Shown: positions 1-10,379, counted from the first letter of the stretch. The stretch is 64,000 nucleotides of DNA from Dehalococcoidia bacterium (GCA_965197635.1 CBDANN010000005.1:346944-410943); one strand, 5' to 3'. Made by a program: numbers and translations. Notes: a model not told the origin generated them from the sequence alone.

Positions 1-16
1 CGGCAATGCCCGCGCT

Positions 17-577
17 TTGTTGTCTTCTAAAAACTCGCGCCTCGAAACTCTTCCCGATTATCTGCGTCGCGGATTGGACGTGGTGTTGATCGGCCTGAAC
101 CCATCCGCATATTCAGTCCGAGCCGGCCATTACTTCGCCAATCCCCGCAACCGTTTTTGGCGGGCTATATCCGCCGCCAACCTGGCCGGCAAGCCCGTCG
201 GCCCGGAGAACGACGCCGAACTGCTGGAAGCCGGAATCGGGTTCACTGACGTGGTGAAGCGCCCGACGCCGCAAGCATCGGGTTTGTCCGCCGCCGACTA
301 CCGCCGAGACGCCCCGTCGCTGCGGGAAAAACTGCTTAGTTACTCACCGTCCATCGCCTGCTTTCACGGCCTCACCGCATACCGCGCCTACCTCCGTTAC
401 GCTGAAGGCATCGCAAAACCGGCGTCAATTTCCCTCGGCCGGCAGGATTTCACCATCGGAAGCAGTAGGGTCTTCGTGCTGCCCAATCCCAGCCCGGCCA
501 ACGCCCGCTATTCTTTGGACTGCCTGACCCGGTGGTACGTCAAGCTCGGCCAATTGCGGAATCAATTGCGACCATGA
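17..577 (+). CDS. mug: G/U mismatch-specific DNA glycosylase (Mug/TDG, UDG family 2)
   Basis: 186-aa ORF with the GLNPS...HYFANPRNRFW block typical of Mug/TDG. The TTG start is provisional because the frame is open to the window edge. The stop overlaps the next start (ATGA at 574-577). Confidence 0.75.
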   Translation: MLSSKNSRLETLPDYLRRGLDVVLIGLNPSAYSVRAGHYFANPRNRFWRAISAANLAGKPVGPENDAELLEAGIGFTDVVKRPTPQASGLSAADYRRDAPSLREKLLSYSPSIACFHGLTAYRAYLRYAEGIAKPASISLGRQDFTIGSSRVFVLPNPSPANARYSLDCLTRWYVKLGQLRNQLRP

Positions 578-1161
578 ACCAAGGGCCAAACACCATTCGC
601 GCCTTCATCGCCCTCCCGCTCCCCGAGGACTGGGTACAGGCGTTGACCCACACCATATCGGAGCTGCGGCGTTCTCTGCCAGCGGGCGTCCGCTGGGTTG
701 ACCCATACGGCATCCATTTGACTCTCAAGTTCCTGGGCCCGACCGATGCGAGCCTCGCTCCTCGGATCATGGACGGACTGGCCAGACGCCTGGCGCAATC
801 AACATCACCGCGATTGACCCTCTCCGGTTTGGGAACTTTTCCGACCGGCCGCAATCCTCGGGTAATCTGGGCTGGGGTGTCCGGTGATAGCACCGCGTTG
901 GGCACGCTGCACGACAGCGCTGACGACACGGCAGCCAGCCTTGGGTGGCCCCAGGAGAACCGCCCTTTTCGCCCTCATCTTACGCTGGGCCGCGTCCGCG
1001 ATCGTGTGCCTCCCCGAGAGCGCCAAACCATTGCCGACGCGATTGCTCGCGCTCGGCTTCCCGCCGCCTCGTTGTGGACGCCGGATACCGTCCGCCTCTA
1101 TCGCAGCGAGCTGACCCCGCGTGGGGCCATTTACTCCAGCCTTGGCGAGGTTCCGATCTAA
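574..1161 (+). CDS. thpR: RNA 2',3'-cyclic phosphodiesterase (2H phosphoesterase, ThpR/LigT)
   Basis: Two H-x-T-x motifs (HLTLKF, HLTLGR). ATG 574 inside ORF 532..1161 was chosen because it overlaps the mug stop. Confidence 0.8.
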   Translation: MNQGPNTIRAFIALPLPEDWVQALTHTISELRRSLPAGVRWVDPYGIHLTLKFLGPTDASLAPRIMDGLARRLAQSTSPRLTLSGLGTFPTGRNPRVIWAGVSGDSTALGTLHDSADDTAASLGWPQENRPFRPHLTLGRVRDRVPPRERQTIADAIARARLPAASLWTPDTVRLYRSELTPRGAIYSSLGEVPI

Positions 1162-2093
1162 TGGAAACAACCATAACCACCTCCATATCTCCGGTCGCTC
1201 CCTATGATTTTGAGCTGACGGCCGGCCAGCCCAGCTACTCCCGCGACCAGGAGTTCAAGACGGAAGAGTACGTTGAAGGAACCTACATCCGTTTGCTGGA
1301 TTTGGGCGACAAGGTTGCCCTGGCTTCGGTTAGCTCCCACGGCGCCGTGGATCGCCCCCAATTGTCCGTCACTCTTACCGGCGAAGACGTGACGGACGAG
1401 GACGGCCAACAAGCCTCAAAACAGCTTGCCTGGCTCCTGGGCTGTGACCAGGACCTGGGCCCGTTCTACGACTCGGTGTTTGACGATCCAGTGTTATCCG
1501 ACGTGGTGCGCCATTTTTACGGTTATCACAACACGCGCACCGCGTCCGTGTACGAGGCCCTCGTGCAAGCGGTCATGGGCCAGCAAATCGCCACCAATGT
1601 CGCTAGAATTATCCGCAACCTTCTCATCCAGCAATACGGTGTCCGAGCCACCGTTTCCGACCGGGAGTGGTACGCCTTCCCCCGCCCGGCCACCCTGGCC
1701 GCGGCCGATGTCGCCGACCTGCGCCAGCTCAAGCTCAGCATGAGAAAGGCAGAGTACATCCAGGGCATTGCCCGGGCCGCCTTGGACGCGCCCCATGGTT
1801 TCGAGGAAATGCACGACCTTTCCGACGACGAAGTGGTCAAGAGCATGGTGGCCCTGCGCGGCGTCGGCAATTGGACGGCTCAGTGGGTACTGGTTCGCGC
1901 CCTGGCGCGTCCTGACGGTTTCCCGGTGGGAGACCTCGCTCTGCGGCGCACCGTGGCCGCGCTGTACTTCGACGGGGCGGAAATTGACGACGACCAGCTT
2001 TTGGAATTCTCCCAACGCTGGTCGCCCTGGCGTTCTTACGCCACTTCGTATCTTTTCGCAGCCCTTCGCTCCGGGCGCGTCGCCGTTTCTTAG
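1161..2093 (+). CDS. HhH-GPD superfamily DNA glycosylase, AlkA-like
   Basis: ATG 1161 (METTITT...) overlaps the thpR stop (TAATG). The C-terminal LRGVGNWTAQWVL...FPVGDLALRR is a helix-hairpin-helix type block. Confidence 0.7.
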   Translation: METTITTSISPVAPYDFELTAGQPSYSRDQEFKTEEYVEGTYIRLLDLGDKVALASVSSHGAVDRPQLSVTLTGEDVTDEDGQQASKQLAWLLGCDQDLGPFYDSVFDDPVLSDVVRHFYGYHNTRTASVYEALVQAVMGQQIATNVARIIRNLLIQQYGVRATVSDREWYAFPRPATLAAADVADLRQLKLSMRKAEYIQGIARAALDAPHGFEEMHDLSDDEVVKSMVALRGVGNWTAQWVLVRALARPDGFPVGDLALRRTVAALYFDGAEIDDDQLLEFSQRWSPWRSYATSYLFAALRSGRVAVS

Positions 2094-2130
2094 CAACCCA
2101 CTACCCGGCGACGGTTATGGTGAGGCCACC

Positions 2131-3456
2131 TTATCGCAGCATCCGCAGCAGTCCCTTGGGGTTGTTGGAAAACTGGCGCATCAGTCGCTGGGTCTGCTTG
2201 AACTGATTCAGCACCCGGTTCACGTCCGAAGGGTTGGTACCGCTGCCCAAGGCGATGCGCCGTCGCCGGCTGCCCTTGATAATCTCCGGGTGTTCCCGTT
2301 CCTGAAAAGTCATCGAGCGGATGATTGCCTCGGTTTTGCGCAATTCCGACTCGTCCAGTTGTTCCTGCATCTTCTTGGTCTGTCGGCCCATCCCCGGCAT
2401 CATCTCTAAAACCGACGCCAGGCCTCCCATCTTCTTGACGCCCTGAATCTGTTCCAGGAAGTCGTCGAGGGTGAAGGTCGCCGTCCGCATCTTGCGTTCC
2501 AGTTCCCGCGCTTTATCCTCGTCGACCGCCTCCTGCGCCCGTTCTATCAGCGTCAGCACGTCGCCCATAGCGAGAATGCGGGACGCCATGCGCTCAGGAT
2601 GGAACTGCTCCAGGGCGTCGCTGCGCTCTCCCGTTCCCACGAACTTGATGGGCACGCCCGTGACTCGCGTTATGGAAAGAGCCGCGCCTCCCCGCGCGTC
2701 GCCGTCCATCTTGGACATGACCAAACCGTCCAATCCGACCCTCTGGTGAAACTCCTGGGCCGCGTTCACCGCGTCCTGACCGGTCATGGCGTCCACCACC
2801 AGCAGCGTTTGGTGGGGTGAAACCGCCCGTTTCACCTCTTCCAGTTCCGACATCAACTCATCGTCGATGTGGAGCCGGCCGCCGGTATCAACGATCGCCC
2901 AAGTGTGGGCCAGCTCCGTGGCGCGGCGCACGCCGGCGGCGGCGACTTTGGCCGGCGTGGACGACTGGGGGTCTTCCGAGTACACCGGTATGTCCAGTTG
3001 GTTGCCCAGCGTTTGCAATTGCGATATGGCGGCAGGCCGTCGGAGATCCGCCGCAATCAACATGGCGCTGTGTTGCTGCCGTTTCATTTGCATGGCTAAC
3101 TTGGCGGCAGTGGTGGTTTTGCCGGATCCCTGCAAGCCCACCAGCATGAGCACCGAAGGCAGCTGGCTGGCCGGCGTAAGACGATGATCCCCGGCGCTCA
3201 AAATGGATGTCAGCTCCTCGTGAACGATTTTCACCACCTGCTGACCCGGCGAAAGGCTTTCCATTACGTCGCCGCCCAGGGTGCGCTCCTTCACCGTCGC
3301 GACGAAATCCCGTGCCACGCGGAAGTTGACGTCCGCTTCCAGGAGTGACCGCCGCACCTGGCCCAGGGCATCGTCGATGTCCTTTTCGGTCAACCGCCCC
3401 TTTCCCTGAAGACGGTTGAATATCCCGGTCAGCCGATCCGTTAAATTGTCAAACAT
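2131..3456 (-). CDS. ffh: signal recognition particle protein Ffh
   Basis: 441 aa. N-terminus MFDNLTDRL...EADV, GTPase GLQGSGKTTT and DTGGR motifs, Met-rich C-terminal M domain. Confidence 0.95.
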   Translation of the reverse strand: MFDNLTDRLTGIFNRLQGKGRLTEKDIDDALGQVRRSLLEADVNFRVARDFVATVKERTLGGDVMESLSPGQQVVKIVHEELTSILSAGDHRLTPASQLPSVLMLVGLQGSGKTTTAAKLAMQMKRQQHSAMLIAADLRRPAAISQLQTLGNQLDIPVYSEDPQSSTPAKVAAAGVRRATELAHTWAIVDTGGRLHIDDELMSELEEVKRAVSPHQTLLVVDAMTGQDAVNAAQEFHQRVGLDGLVMSKMDGDARGGAALSITRVTGVPIKFVGTGERSDALEQFHPERMASRILAMGDVLTLIERAQEAVDEDKARELERKMRTATFTLDDFLEQIQGVKKMGGLASVLEMMPGMGRQTKKMQEQLDESELRKTEAIIRSMTFQEREHPEIIKGSRRRRIALGSGTNPSDVNRVLNQFKQTQRLMRQFSNNPKGLLRMLR

Positions 3457-3504
3457 AGTTGTCCTGTCCCTTCGTCGTGGCGACCGCGATGTGCGGGTCG
3501 GCTT

Positions 3505-4605
3505 CTATTCCCACCGGAAAGTTCGGTTAGCGATTATGAAGGCTATCACAAGCCACACCGCCAGGCCTAGGAAATTGGGCCACTGCATCAACACCGTGTC
3601 CCCCTGAACCGTCATTCCGCGTATCGCCTCCACCAGGTAGGTCAGAGGCAGGTAGTCCGTAATCCGTTGGAGGACTACCGGGAGAACGTCCCTGGAGAAG
3701 AAAACCCCCGATAGGAACATCATCGGCAGCGACACGATGTTGGCCAGCGGCGCCGCCTGTTGTTCCGTGCGCGCCCAACCCGAAACGGCAAAACCCAGAG
3801 CCAGGAACACCGCGCCCCCAAGTCCCGCCGCCAGCAGAACCGCAAAGAAGTTGCCCGCGAACTCTGCCCCAAACAGGAACACCGCGACCGCCGCGAGTAT
3901 TACAGTTTGGATCATCACAACCATCAGGCGCGTGACCACCTGGGACAACAGCAGCGTGTTCGGGTTCAATGGAGTCGCCAGCAGTCTCCGCAGCACGCCC
4001 TCCCGTTTCATCGTGACGAAACTGAATGCCACGCTAAACAGGCCCAACTGCATTATCGACATTCCTATCACCCCTGGCATAAGGAAATCGATATAGCCCA
4101 AATCCCGAGCCTCTACCGCTTCGCTCTCTAATGTAACCAGACGTTCCGTTTCGCTGATGGCGAAGTTCATGTGGTCGATGCCGGATTGCAAAATGCTCAG
4201 CCCAACTTGCGACTCGCTCGTCCGGCTGCCGTGATACAGGGCTTGGATCGCGACCGGATGCCATACCGGTCTCTGCTCAACTAATGTAGGACCGAAATTT
4301 GCCGGAAGGATGACCACCAGATCTCGTTGTCCATCCGACAGCGCAGCCTTCTCTTCTTCAACGTTTCCCGTACTGACCCGCAACGCCTCTATCGCCTCGG
4401 TTTCGGCGATGAATCGTTCCGACGCCTCATTCTGGGCATTGTCAACTATCCCCAAATCGACCTTGCCCAGTTCACCGAAATTCAGCAAGCCGAAGATGAT
4501 CATGATCACCAACGGCAGAAAGAACGTCCAGAACAAAGCCGCCCGGTCGCGAGACCACATCTTGATTGATGTCCAGGTCAGATATATTGTCGGCCGGGTC
4601 AACAA
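3505..4605 (-). CDS. ABC-2 type transporter permease
   Basis: 366 aa with an N-terminal TM, a large loop and then about 5 TM helices. Lies immediately downstream of its ATPase (1-nt gap). Confidence 0.8.
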   Translation of the reverse strand: MLTRPTIYLTWTSIKMWSRDRAALFWTFFLPLVIMIIFGLLNFGELGKVDLGIVDNAQNEASERFIAETEAIEALRVSTGNVEEEKAALSDGQRDLVVILPANFGPTLVEQRPVWHPVAIQALYHGSRTSESQVGLSILQSGIDHMNFAISETERLVTLESEAVEARDLGYIDFLMPGVIGMSIMQLGLFSVAFSFVTMKREGVLRRLLATPLNPNTLLLSQVVTRLMVVMIQTVILAAVAVFLFGAEFAGNFFAVLLAAGLGGAVFLALGFAVSGWARTEQQAAPLANIVSLPMMFLSGVFFSRDVLPVVLQRITDYLPLTYLVEAIRGMTVQGDTVLMQWPNFLGLAVWLVIAFIIANRTFRWE

Positions 4606-4606
4606 C

Positions 4607-5401
4607 CTAAAACTCCCGCAGGGACCGTCCGGTCAAGTCCAGGAAAACGTCTTCCAGTGTGGCCAAACGCACCTCATGCTCGCGGCGAAATCCCCGGCCG
4701 ATCAGATCGTCGATGAGGGCGCCCGGCGGGTCCATGGCAATAATCCTGCCGCTGTCCATCACGGCCACCCGGTCGCACAGTTCCTCCGCTTCTTCCATGT
4801 AGTGTGTGGTGAGCACGACCGTGCGGCGTTCCGCCTTCCAGGTTAACACCAGGTCCCACATACGCCGGCGCGCCTGGGGGTCAAGCCCGGTGGTCGGTTC
4901 GTCCAGGAAGATCACGTCGGGATTGTTGACCAGGGAAGCCGCGATGGCAAACCGCTGTTTCTGCCCGCCCGACAATGTGCGGAAGGACGCGGACCGCCGT
5001 TGTTCCAAATCAACTGCTTTCAACAGCGGTTCAGGATCCACTGAAACTCCGTAGATGCTACCCAACATCTTGAGCACTTCGGCCAGGCGCAGATGCTCAA
5101 AAAAGGCGCTGCTTTGCAACTGTACGCCGATGAGTTGCTTCACCGCCTTCGGATTTTTGCCGACGTCAATGCCGCCGACCGTCGCCCGGCCGCTGTCGGC
5201 GCTCCTCATTCCCTCGATGATCTCTACGGTAGTTGTCTTGCCCGATCCGTTCGGCCCCAACAGGGCAAACACCTCGCCACGGGCCACCTGGAATGAGACA
5301 CCATCCACCGCTTGCACGTCGCCATACCGCTTGCGCAAGTCCTCCACCACAATGATGGGGGCGCTCCCATCTTCCCCTGTCATACTCGGCGCGTTGGTCA
5401 T
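4607..5401 (-). CDS. ABC transporter ATP-binding protein (DrrA/ABC-2 subfamily)
   Basis: Walker A GPNGSGKTT, signature LSGGQKQR, Walker B IFLDEPT. Confidence 0.9.
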   Translation of the reverse strand: MTNAPSMTGEDGSAPIIVVEDLRKRYGDVQAVDGVSFQVARGEVFALLGPNGSGKTTTVEIIEGMRSADSGRATVGGIDVGKNPKAVKQLIGVQLQSSAFFEHLRLAEVLKMLGSIYGVSVDPEPLLKAVDLEQRRSASFRTLSGGQKQRFAIAASLVNNPDVIFLDEPTTGLDPQARRRMWDLVLTWKAERRTVVLTTHYMEEAEELCDRVAVMDSGRIIAMDPPGALIDDLIGRGFRREHEVRLATLEDVFLDLTGRSLREF

Positions 5402-5530
5402 TTCATCGATACCGTCGAAAAATTATACCACCAGCAGTCATTCATCTATCGCCGCAGCATTGAGACTGCCCATATCTCTTGCCCAAGAAAACGCCTGCCG
5501 CCGGCGGCCAGTGATAAAATCGCTCGTGAC

Positions 5531-8098
5531 ATGATCCCGCTGAAACTCTCCGTCCGAAATTTTCTGTGCTACCGGGACAACGTGCCACCACTGGACTTGC
5601 GCGGCATCCACGTCGCATGTTTGTGCGGAGCCAACGGCCACGGCAAGTCCGCACTGCTGGATGCGATGACCTGGTGCCTGTGGGGACAGGCCAGGACCGG
5701 CAGCCAGAACTACAACGCCCTGATAGCTTACGGGGAAACGGAGTGCCGGGTCGAACTGGATTTTTTGGCCGGAGGCCAGATTTACCGCGCCATACGCCGC
5801 CGGCGTAGCTCCGGGCAAGGGCGCACCGAAGTTGACCTTTTCGTGCTGGACGATGGGGGCGAACCGCGCCCCATCACGGGGAACTCTGTGAGTGAAACCA
5901 ACCGCACGATACTGCGTTTGGTGGGCATGGACTACGCCACGTTCGTCAACACCGCGTTTCTCCGGCAGGGCCACGCCGACGAATTCACTAGCAAGGCTCC
6001 CAGCCAGCGGAAAGAAGTCCTGTCTTCCGTCCTGGGCCTCGGCCTTTACGACATTCTCCAGTCGGAGTCCCGCGGCCATCGGGACAATTGGAGGGATTCC
6101 GCTACCCGTGCTGAAGGCGCGGTCGAACGAAGCCAGGCGGCTTTGGAAGCATTGCCCGATCCGGTCAACGATCTGGCGGACATCGCCCAACGCCTAACCA
6201 ATTTGGCGACGCACATTGCCGCAGCTACAGCCGATGCGTCCCGACATCGCGCCACCGTAGAGGAACTGCGGAGGAAACGGGAGGGATTGGACACCACTGC
6301 TCAACGCATTGCCACTCTCCAGAAGGACCTACAGCAGGCTGACCTCGCCGCAGATACCCTCCAGCAGCGCATAAATGCAACCCGCACCCTGGTCGAACGC
6401 TCTGATGAGATTGAAGACGGGGCTAAACAGTTTGCATCAGCGCGCGCCGAATTGAACCGGTTGGAGGCCGTCCGCCGCGAATACGACCGCCTCAGCAGCC
6501 ACCGCAACGAGTTGCAGGCCGCCACCGACCGGGAACAGGCCCGACTGTCTGCTGAAATTGGCCAACTGGAGCGACGCATCAGATTGGAGCTGGAACCCCA
6601 GGCCGACCGTTCGGATGAGATCGCACGGCAAACATCCGGCCTGGCGGAGTTGGAACGAACTTTGTCGGGGGAACAAGACGAACTCGTCCGACAAGAGGCC
6701 GCCGTTGGAGACGTCCACCGTGAAATCGCTTTACGGCAGGCGGAACTCGACCGGTGCGTCGCCGAAGGTAAAGAGCTTCGGGCCAAACAGAACGAGATGC
6801 AGTCCGTCGACGCCCTCTGCCCTTTGTGTCGCACACCGCTCAGCGAGGACGCCTGCGGCAACATCACATCGTGGTACGAATCGGAAATCCAGGACAAGCT
6901 GCGCTTGCACCGTGAACTCAATCAAACCGTTTCCGACCTCGCTGCCAAACATGCCCGGCTGCTATCGGATACGGAGACAGGTCGCAAATCTCTGACCCGC
7001 CGGCAGCGCGAGATCGAGCGCGACAAGGCTCGTTTGGAGCAGGAACAGAAGCAGAGCGAGTACGCTGCCCGGGAGTTGCAAGACGTTGGTCCCCGGGTTC
7101 AGGCACTGTTGAAGTCGCTGGAAACGGGAGACTTCGCTCATCAGGAACGAGCTGAGTTGAGCGGGACAAATGATGAAATCCGTTCCCTGAAATACGATGA
7201 GGCGGTGTGGGAAACGACCTACGCGCTGGTTCAATCATTACAGCACTGGGATCCTGAAGAGCGCGAATTGCGGGTTGCGCTGGAGCGCCTCCCCCTGGAC
7301 GAAAGCGAATTGGCGCATAACCGCGAACAGGCCGCTCGCTGGAGCGACGAACTCCGGGAGGCCGAAGCAGCAGCAGCAGCTGACCGAGCCGCAATTCAAG
7401 GCCTCCCATCCCTTGAGAAAGACTTGGAAACAGCCGGGGCCGTCGTCGCCCGGCTATCCGCAGAACGTGACGATTTGCTGGCCCGGCAGGGACGGCTGCA
7501 AAGGGACGAGGAGCGGCGCCAAGAATATCTGGAAGAATTGAGAACTCTGAGACAAAGCCGTTCCAAAGCCCAGACTGAACAGAGCATTTATGCTGACCTC
7601 TTCGACGCCTTCGGGCGCGGCGGCGTACCTGCCATGCTCATCGACGCCGCCGTCCCCCGGATTGAGGCCGAGGCAAACTATCTGCTGGGACGCATGACCG
7701 ACAACCGATTGGCAATTAAGCTGGAGACCCAGCGCGTGCGGCAGGGCGGCAATGTCGCAGAAACCCTGGACATATTCGTCAGCGACGAACTGGGTTCTCG
7801 TAGCTACGAGATGTTCAGCGGCGGAGAGGCTTTCCGCATCAACCTGGCGCTCAGAATTGCACTATCAAAAATCCTGGCTCAGCGCATGGGGTTGCCGCTG
7901 CCCACGCTCTTCATCGATGAGGGTTTTGGCACCCAAGACGCTGCCGGCCGCGAGCGCATCGTCGATGCCATATCCGCCATCCAAAACGATTTCGAGAAGA
8001 TCATCGTCATCACCCATCTGGAAGAACTCAAAGACCTCTTCCCCGTCCGCATCGAAGTCCTCAAAACCGACAACGGTTCCCAATTTTGGCTAAGTTGA
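5531..8098 (+). CDS. sbcC: SbcC/Rad50-family SMC-like ATPase
   Basis: ATG 5531 (MIPLKLSVRNF...) within ORF 5312..8098. Walker A GANGHGKSA, long coiled coil with a CPLC zinc hook, C-terminal SGGEAFR...FIDEGFG. Confidence 0.85.
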   Translation: MIPLKLSVRNFLCYRDNVPPLDLRGIHVACLCGANGHGKSALLDAMTWCLWGQARTGSQNYNALIAYGETECRVELDFLAGGQIYRAIRRRRSSGQGRTEVDLFVLDDGGEPRPITGNSVSETNRTILRLVGMDYATFVNTAFLRQGHADEFTSKAPSQRKEVLSSVLGLGLYDILQSESRGHRDNWRDSATRAEGAVERSQAALEALPDPVNDLADIAQRLTNLATHIAAATADASRHRATVEELRRKREGLDTTAQRIATLQKDLQQADLAADTLQQRINATRTLVERSDEIEDGAKQFASARAELNRLEAVRREYDRLSSHRNELQAATDREQARLSAEIGQLERRIRLELEPQADRSDEIARQTSGLAELERTLSGEQDELVRQEAAVGDVHREIALRQAELDRCVAEGKELRAKQNEMQSVDALCPLCRTPLSEDACGNITSWYESEIQDKLRLHRELNQTVSDLAAKHARLLSDTETGRKSLTRRQREIERDKARLEQEQKQSEYAARELQDVGPRVQALLKSLETGDFAHQERAELSGTNDEIRSLKYDEAVWETTYALVQSLQHWDPEERELRVALERLPLDESELAHNREQAARWSDELREAEAAAAADRAAIQGLPSLEKDLETAGAVVARLSAERDDLLARQGRLQRDEERRQEYLEELRTLRQSRSKAQTEQSIYADLFDAFGRGGVPAMLIDAAVPRIEAEANYLLGRMTDNRLAIKLETQRVRQGGNVAETLDIFVSDELGSRSYEMFSGGEAFRINLALRIALSKILAQRMGLPLPTLFIDEGFGTQDAAGRERIVDAISAIQNDFEKIIVITHLEELKDLFPVRIEVLKTDNGSQFWLS

Positions 8099-8149
8099 AC
8101 CAAGATCCTTGGTTTCGAGCCTTCCGCACCAGAGAACAGGAGACCAACC

Positions 8150-8569
8150 ATGTTGACCGACGCCCAGCGGCAATTCCTTTCGCAAAACCACAACGGCGCT
8201 TTGACCACCTTCCGCCGGAACGGCGCCGCCCAAATGAGCATCGTCACCTGCGGCCTCTATGGCGACGGCGTGGCGTTCACCACCACCGCTGACCGGGCCA
8301 AGCTGCGAAACCTGCGCCGCAACCCGCGTTGCACCATCCTGGTCGGCACCGACGACTGGCGCAACTTCCTCGTCTTGGAGGGTGAGGCCCGGTTGGTAGA
8401 CGTGGAAAGTTCCACCCCGGACGAATACCGCGATACCTTGCGTGACGTATTCCGCACCGCTGCCGGCCAGGAACACCCCAACTGGCCCGAATACGATCAA
8501 GCGATGCGGGATGACCGCCGGCTGGGCGTCATCGTGACACCCGCGCATATTTATGGGCGGGCTGATTAA
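8150..8569 (+). CDS. PPOX-class (pyridoxamine 5'-phosphate oxidase fold) probable F420-dependent enzyme
   Basis: 139 aa. FLSQNHNGALTTFRRNGAAQMSIV...RKLRNLRRNPR pattern typical of the split-barrel PPOX/F420 class. Confidence 0.65.
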   Translation: MLTDAQRQFLSQNHNGALTTFRRNGAAQMSIVTCGLYGDGVAFTTTADRAKLRNLRRNPRCTILVGTDDWRNFLVLEGEARLVDVESSTPDEYRDTLRDVFRTAAGQEHPNWPEYDQAMRDDRRLGVIVTPAHIYGRAD

Positions 8570-8792
8570 ACGTTCAACATGTAACTGTTCAGACTTGCGG
8601 GGATCTACGGGTCAAACCGGCCCCTCCGGGGTGAAAGTCAAGCACGGGATTTCGGCAAAGCCTGTTCAGATCCCCTCAAACGTGAGCAGTTACTTCAACA
8701 TGAATGGATTGACAATAGCCAAGGGAACCGCTACTATTAACCTAACGCCAGACTGTGATGCTTCGCGAGCGTCACTTTTGGCGTTCTGGTGT

Positions 8793-9596
8793 TTAACTTC
8801 CACAGAGATCCCCATCCCGGGAATAATCCTCTTCCCTCTCGGTTTCGGAGTAGTAATGGAAATGCTCTGACATTTGATGGATTCCGTGCCAAGTGCGGTT
8901 CTCCAACGGGTCCAAGACGTCAGGAGATTTTTCCCGGACAATCCGATAGTACCGCGCAATGGCGGAAAGGTACGTATCCGGCGGAGACTGGCGAAAGAGC
9001 TCAGCCTCGTAGTACTGCCGTAGCACTCCGGCGACTAAATCCGCCAATTGGATGCCGACCGTAAATCGGGAATCCACGAAATAGGGGGAATCGACAACTT
9101 TGCTGAGTGCCCGACCTTCACCATGTCGGTGAAGGTATTGCTCCATCTTTGCCGACAGGCCACCGTACTGGCTCCCGTCGCCATCGATTAAGACAACGGA
9201 GAGGGAGTACGGATTATCCTGCAACAGCATATTGACCTGCCTGAGCAGGTAGCGATACTGCCGTGGTAATCTGCCATCTGACCTGGGCAACGGTTGGTCA
9301 GGGCGCTCCATCACCACACCGAAAACCGTGATCGGCAACTCGCGCAACTGTTCGAATACCGATTCCACCAGCTCGTGCAGCTCCGGCTTACGCCTGAACG
9401 TCCTGGAATTGAGCAGGCTGTGGGCTTTCAGTTCTTTGTTAGCCTGCTCAATGCCCAGGAGATTCCTCTTGATGCCGTATATCTTGGCGCTGATGTCGCG
9501 GGAGTCGCGTTGAGCGAACGAGACAGAAGCCAAAACCGGGCGAGTGGCTGGATCGCTGGGGTGCGGGTGTCCGCTTTCATCAATGAAGGTCAGCAT
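8793..9596 (-). CDS. DUF3800 domain protein
   Basis: 267 aa beginning MLTFIDESGHP, the characteristic IDESG start of DUF3800. Lies in a visibly lower-GC stretch. Confidence 0.6.
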   Translation of the reverse strand: MLTFIDESGHPHPSDPATRPVLASVSFAQRDSRDISAKIYGIKRNLLGIEQANKELKAHSLLNSRTFRRKPELHELVESVFEQLRELPITVFGVVMERPDQPLPRSDGRLPRQYRYLLRQVNMLLQDNPYSLSVVLIDGDGSQYGGLSAKMEQYLHRHGEGRALSKVVDSPYFVDSRFTVGIQLADLVAGVLRQYYEAELFRQSPPDTYLSAIARYYRIVREKSPDVLDPLENRTWHGIHQMSEHFHYYSETEREEDYSRDGDLCGS

Positions 9597-9597
9597 A

Positions 9598-9717
9598 TCA
9601 GTCCCCAGTAATCCCTTCCACCTAACGCAACGCCGCTACGTCAAAAGAGATATCCGCGGTCTCGCCGTTCAGCGCTGCTAGCATCCGCTCGCCCCACAAC
9701 CGCAGTTCCTTGGCCAA
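9598..9717 (-). pseudogene. degenerate copy of the 3' end of the Mo-hydroxylase large-subunit gene
   Basis: Ungapped alignment to 10706-10825 is roughly three quarters identical by eye. It would read DVAALR*VEGITGD*, compared with the authentic DVEALRRAEGITGD*. Confidence 0.7.
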
Positions 9718-9763
9718 TGTGTACGGGCGGACGAATTTAAACGTTCGGTAAAGGAGGAGTCGT

Positions 9764-10207
9764 ATGCAATCCATCATTCAAACCATCATGTCGTTTGCAA
9801 CTAGGTGGTGGATAATCTCAGTGGGATTAATCGCGGTGGCCGCTTTCGCACAAGCCGTCATTGAAGGTGAAGTAACCTTCCAGGATGCTCTCATAGCCCT
9901 TTGCGTAACGACTGTGGCAATGGTGGAGACCATCAAGGAACATCGTTGGCTGGGAGCCGCTGGAGCAGCCGGCGGCGTCGCAGGCTCATACCTGTGGTTG
10001 GCGAATGGAGCAGAAACATCACCTGTGGAGGGCAAGTTTGTAGCGTTGGTAGTGCTGACGTTTCTCGTGGCTCTCCTAGCCGGTCTGGGGCCTAGTGTAG
10101 TGCTCAGCCGGTCCTCCAATACCGTACAGACGGTGGCAATGGCACTCACATCATTCCTAGCGGTATCGGGGGCCATCTGGCTGGTGCTTCGCTTTTTATT
10201 GCGGTGA
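9764..10207 (+). CDS. hypothetical membrane protein (about 4 TM)
   Basis: AAGGAGG 6-14 nt upstream of ATG 9764. The sequence has a hydrophobic helix pattern and I recognised no family. Confidence 0.5.
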   Translation: MQSIIQTIMSFATRWWIISVGLIAVAAFAQAVIEGEVTFQDALIALCVTTVAMVETIKEHRWLGAAGAAGGVAGSYLWLANGAETSPVEGKFVALVVLTFLVALLAGLGPSVVLSRSSNTVQTVAMALTSFLAVSGAIWLVLRFLLR

Positions 10208-10379
10208 GTCAGCCGAGACCGCGAACACCACGAACAGTAGTGGCTGGCCCTTGCTAACTTGGGACATCACCATTAGACGAGGGACTGGTTCCGTATCTCT
10301 TCGGCGGAACCAGCCCCATAGGTCACGTTGTACGCTGCTCATTTGAAGAAACTAGCACCGCCGGTGGGGGCTTTGAGGA

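Noticed and set aside
8553-8870. 105-aa plus-strand ORF between the PPOX gene and the DUF3800 gene
   Set aside because: It overlaps the 3' end of the DUF3800 gene, has no RBS and has an odd composition. I treat it as intergenic.
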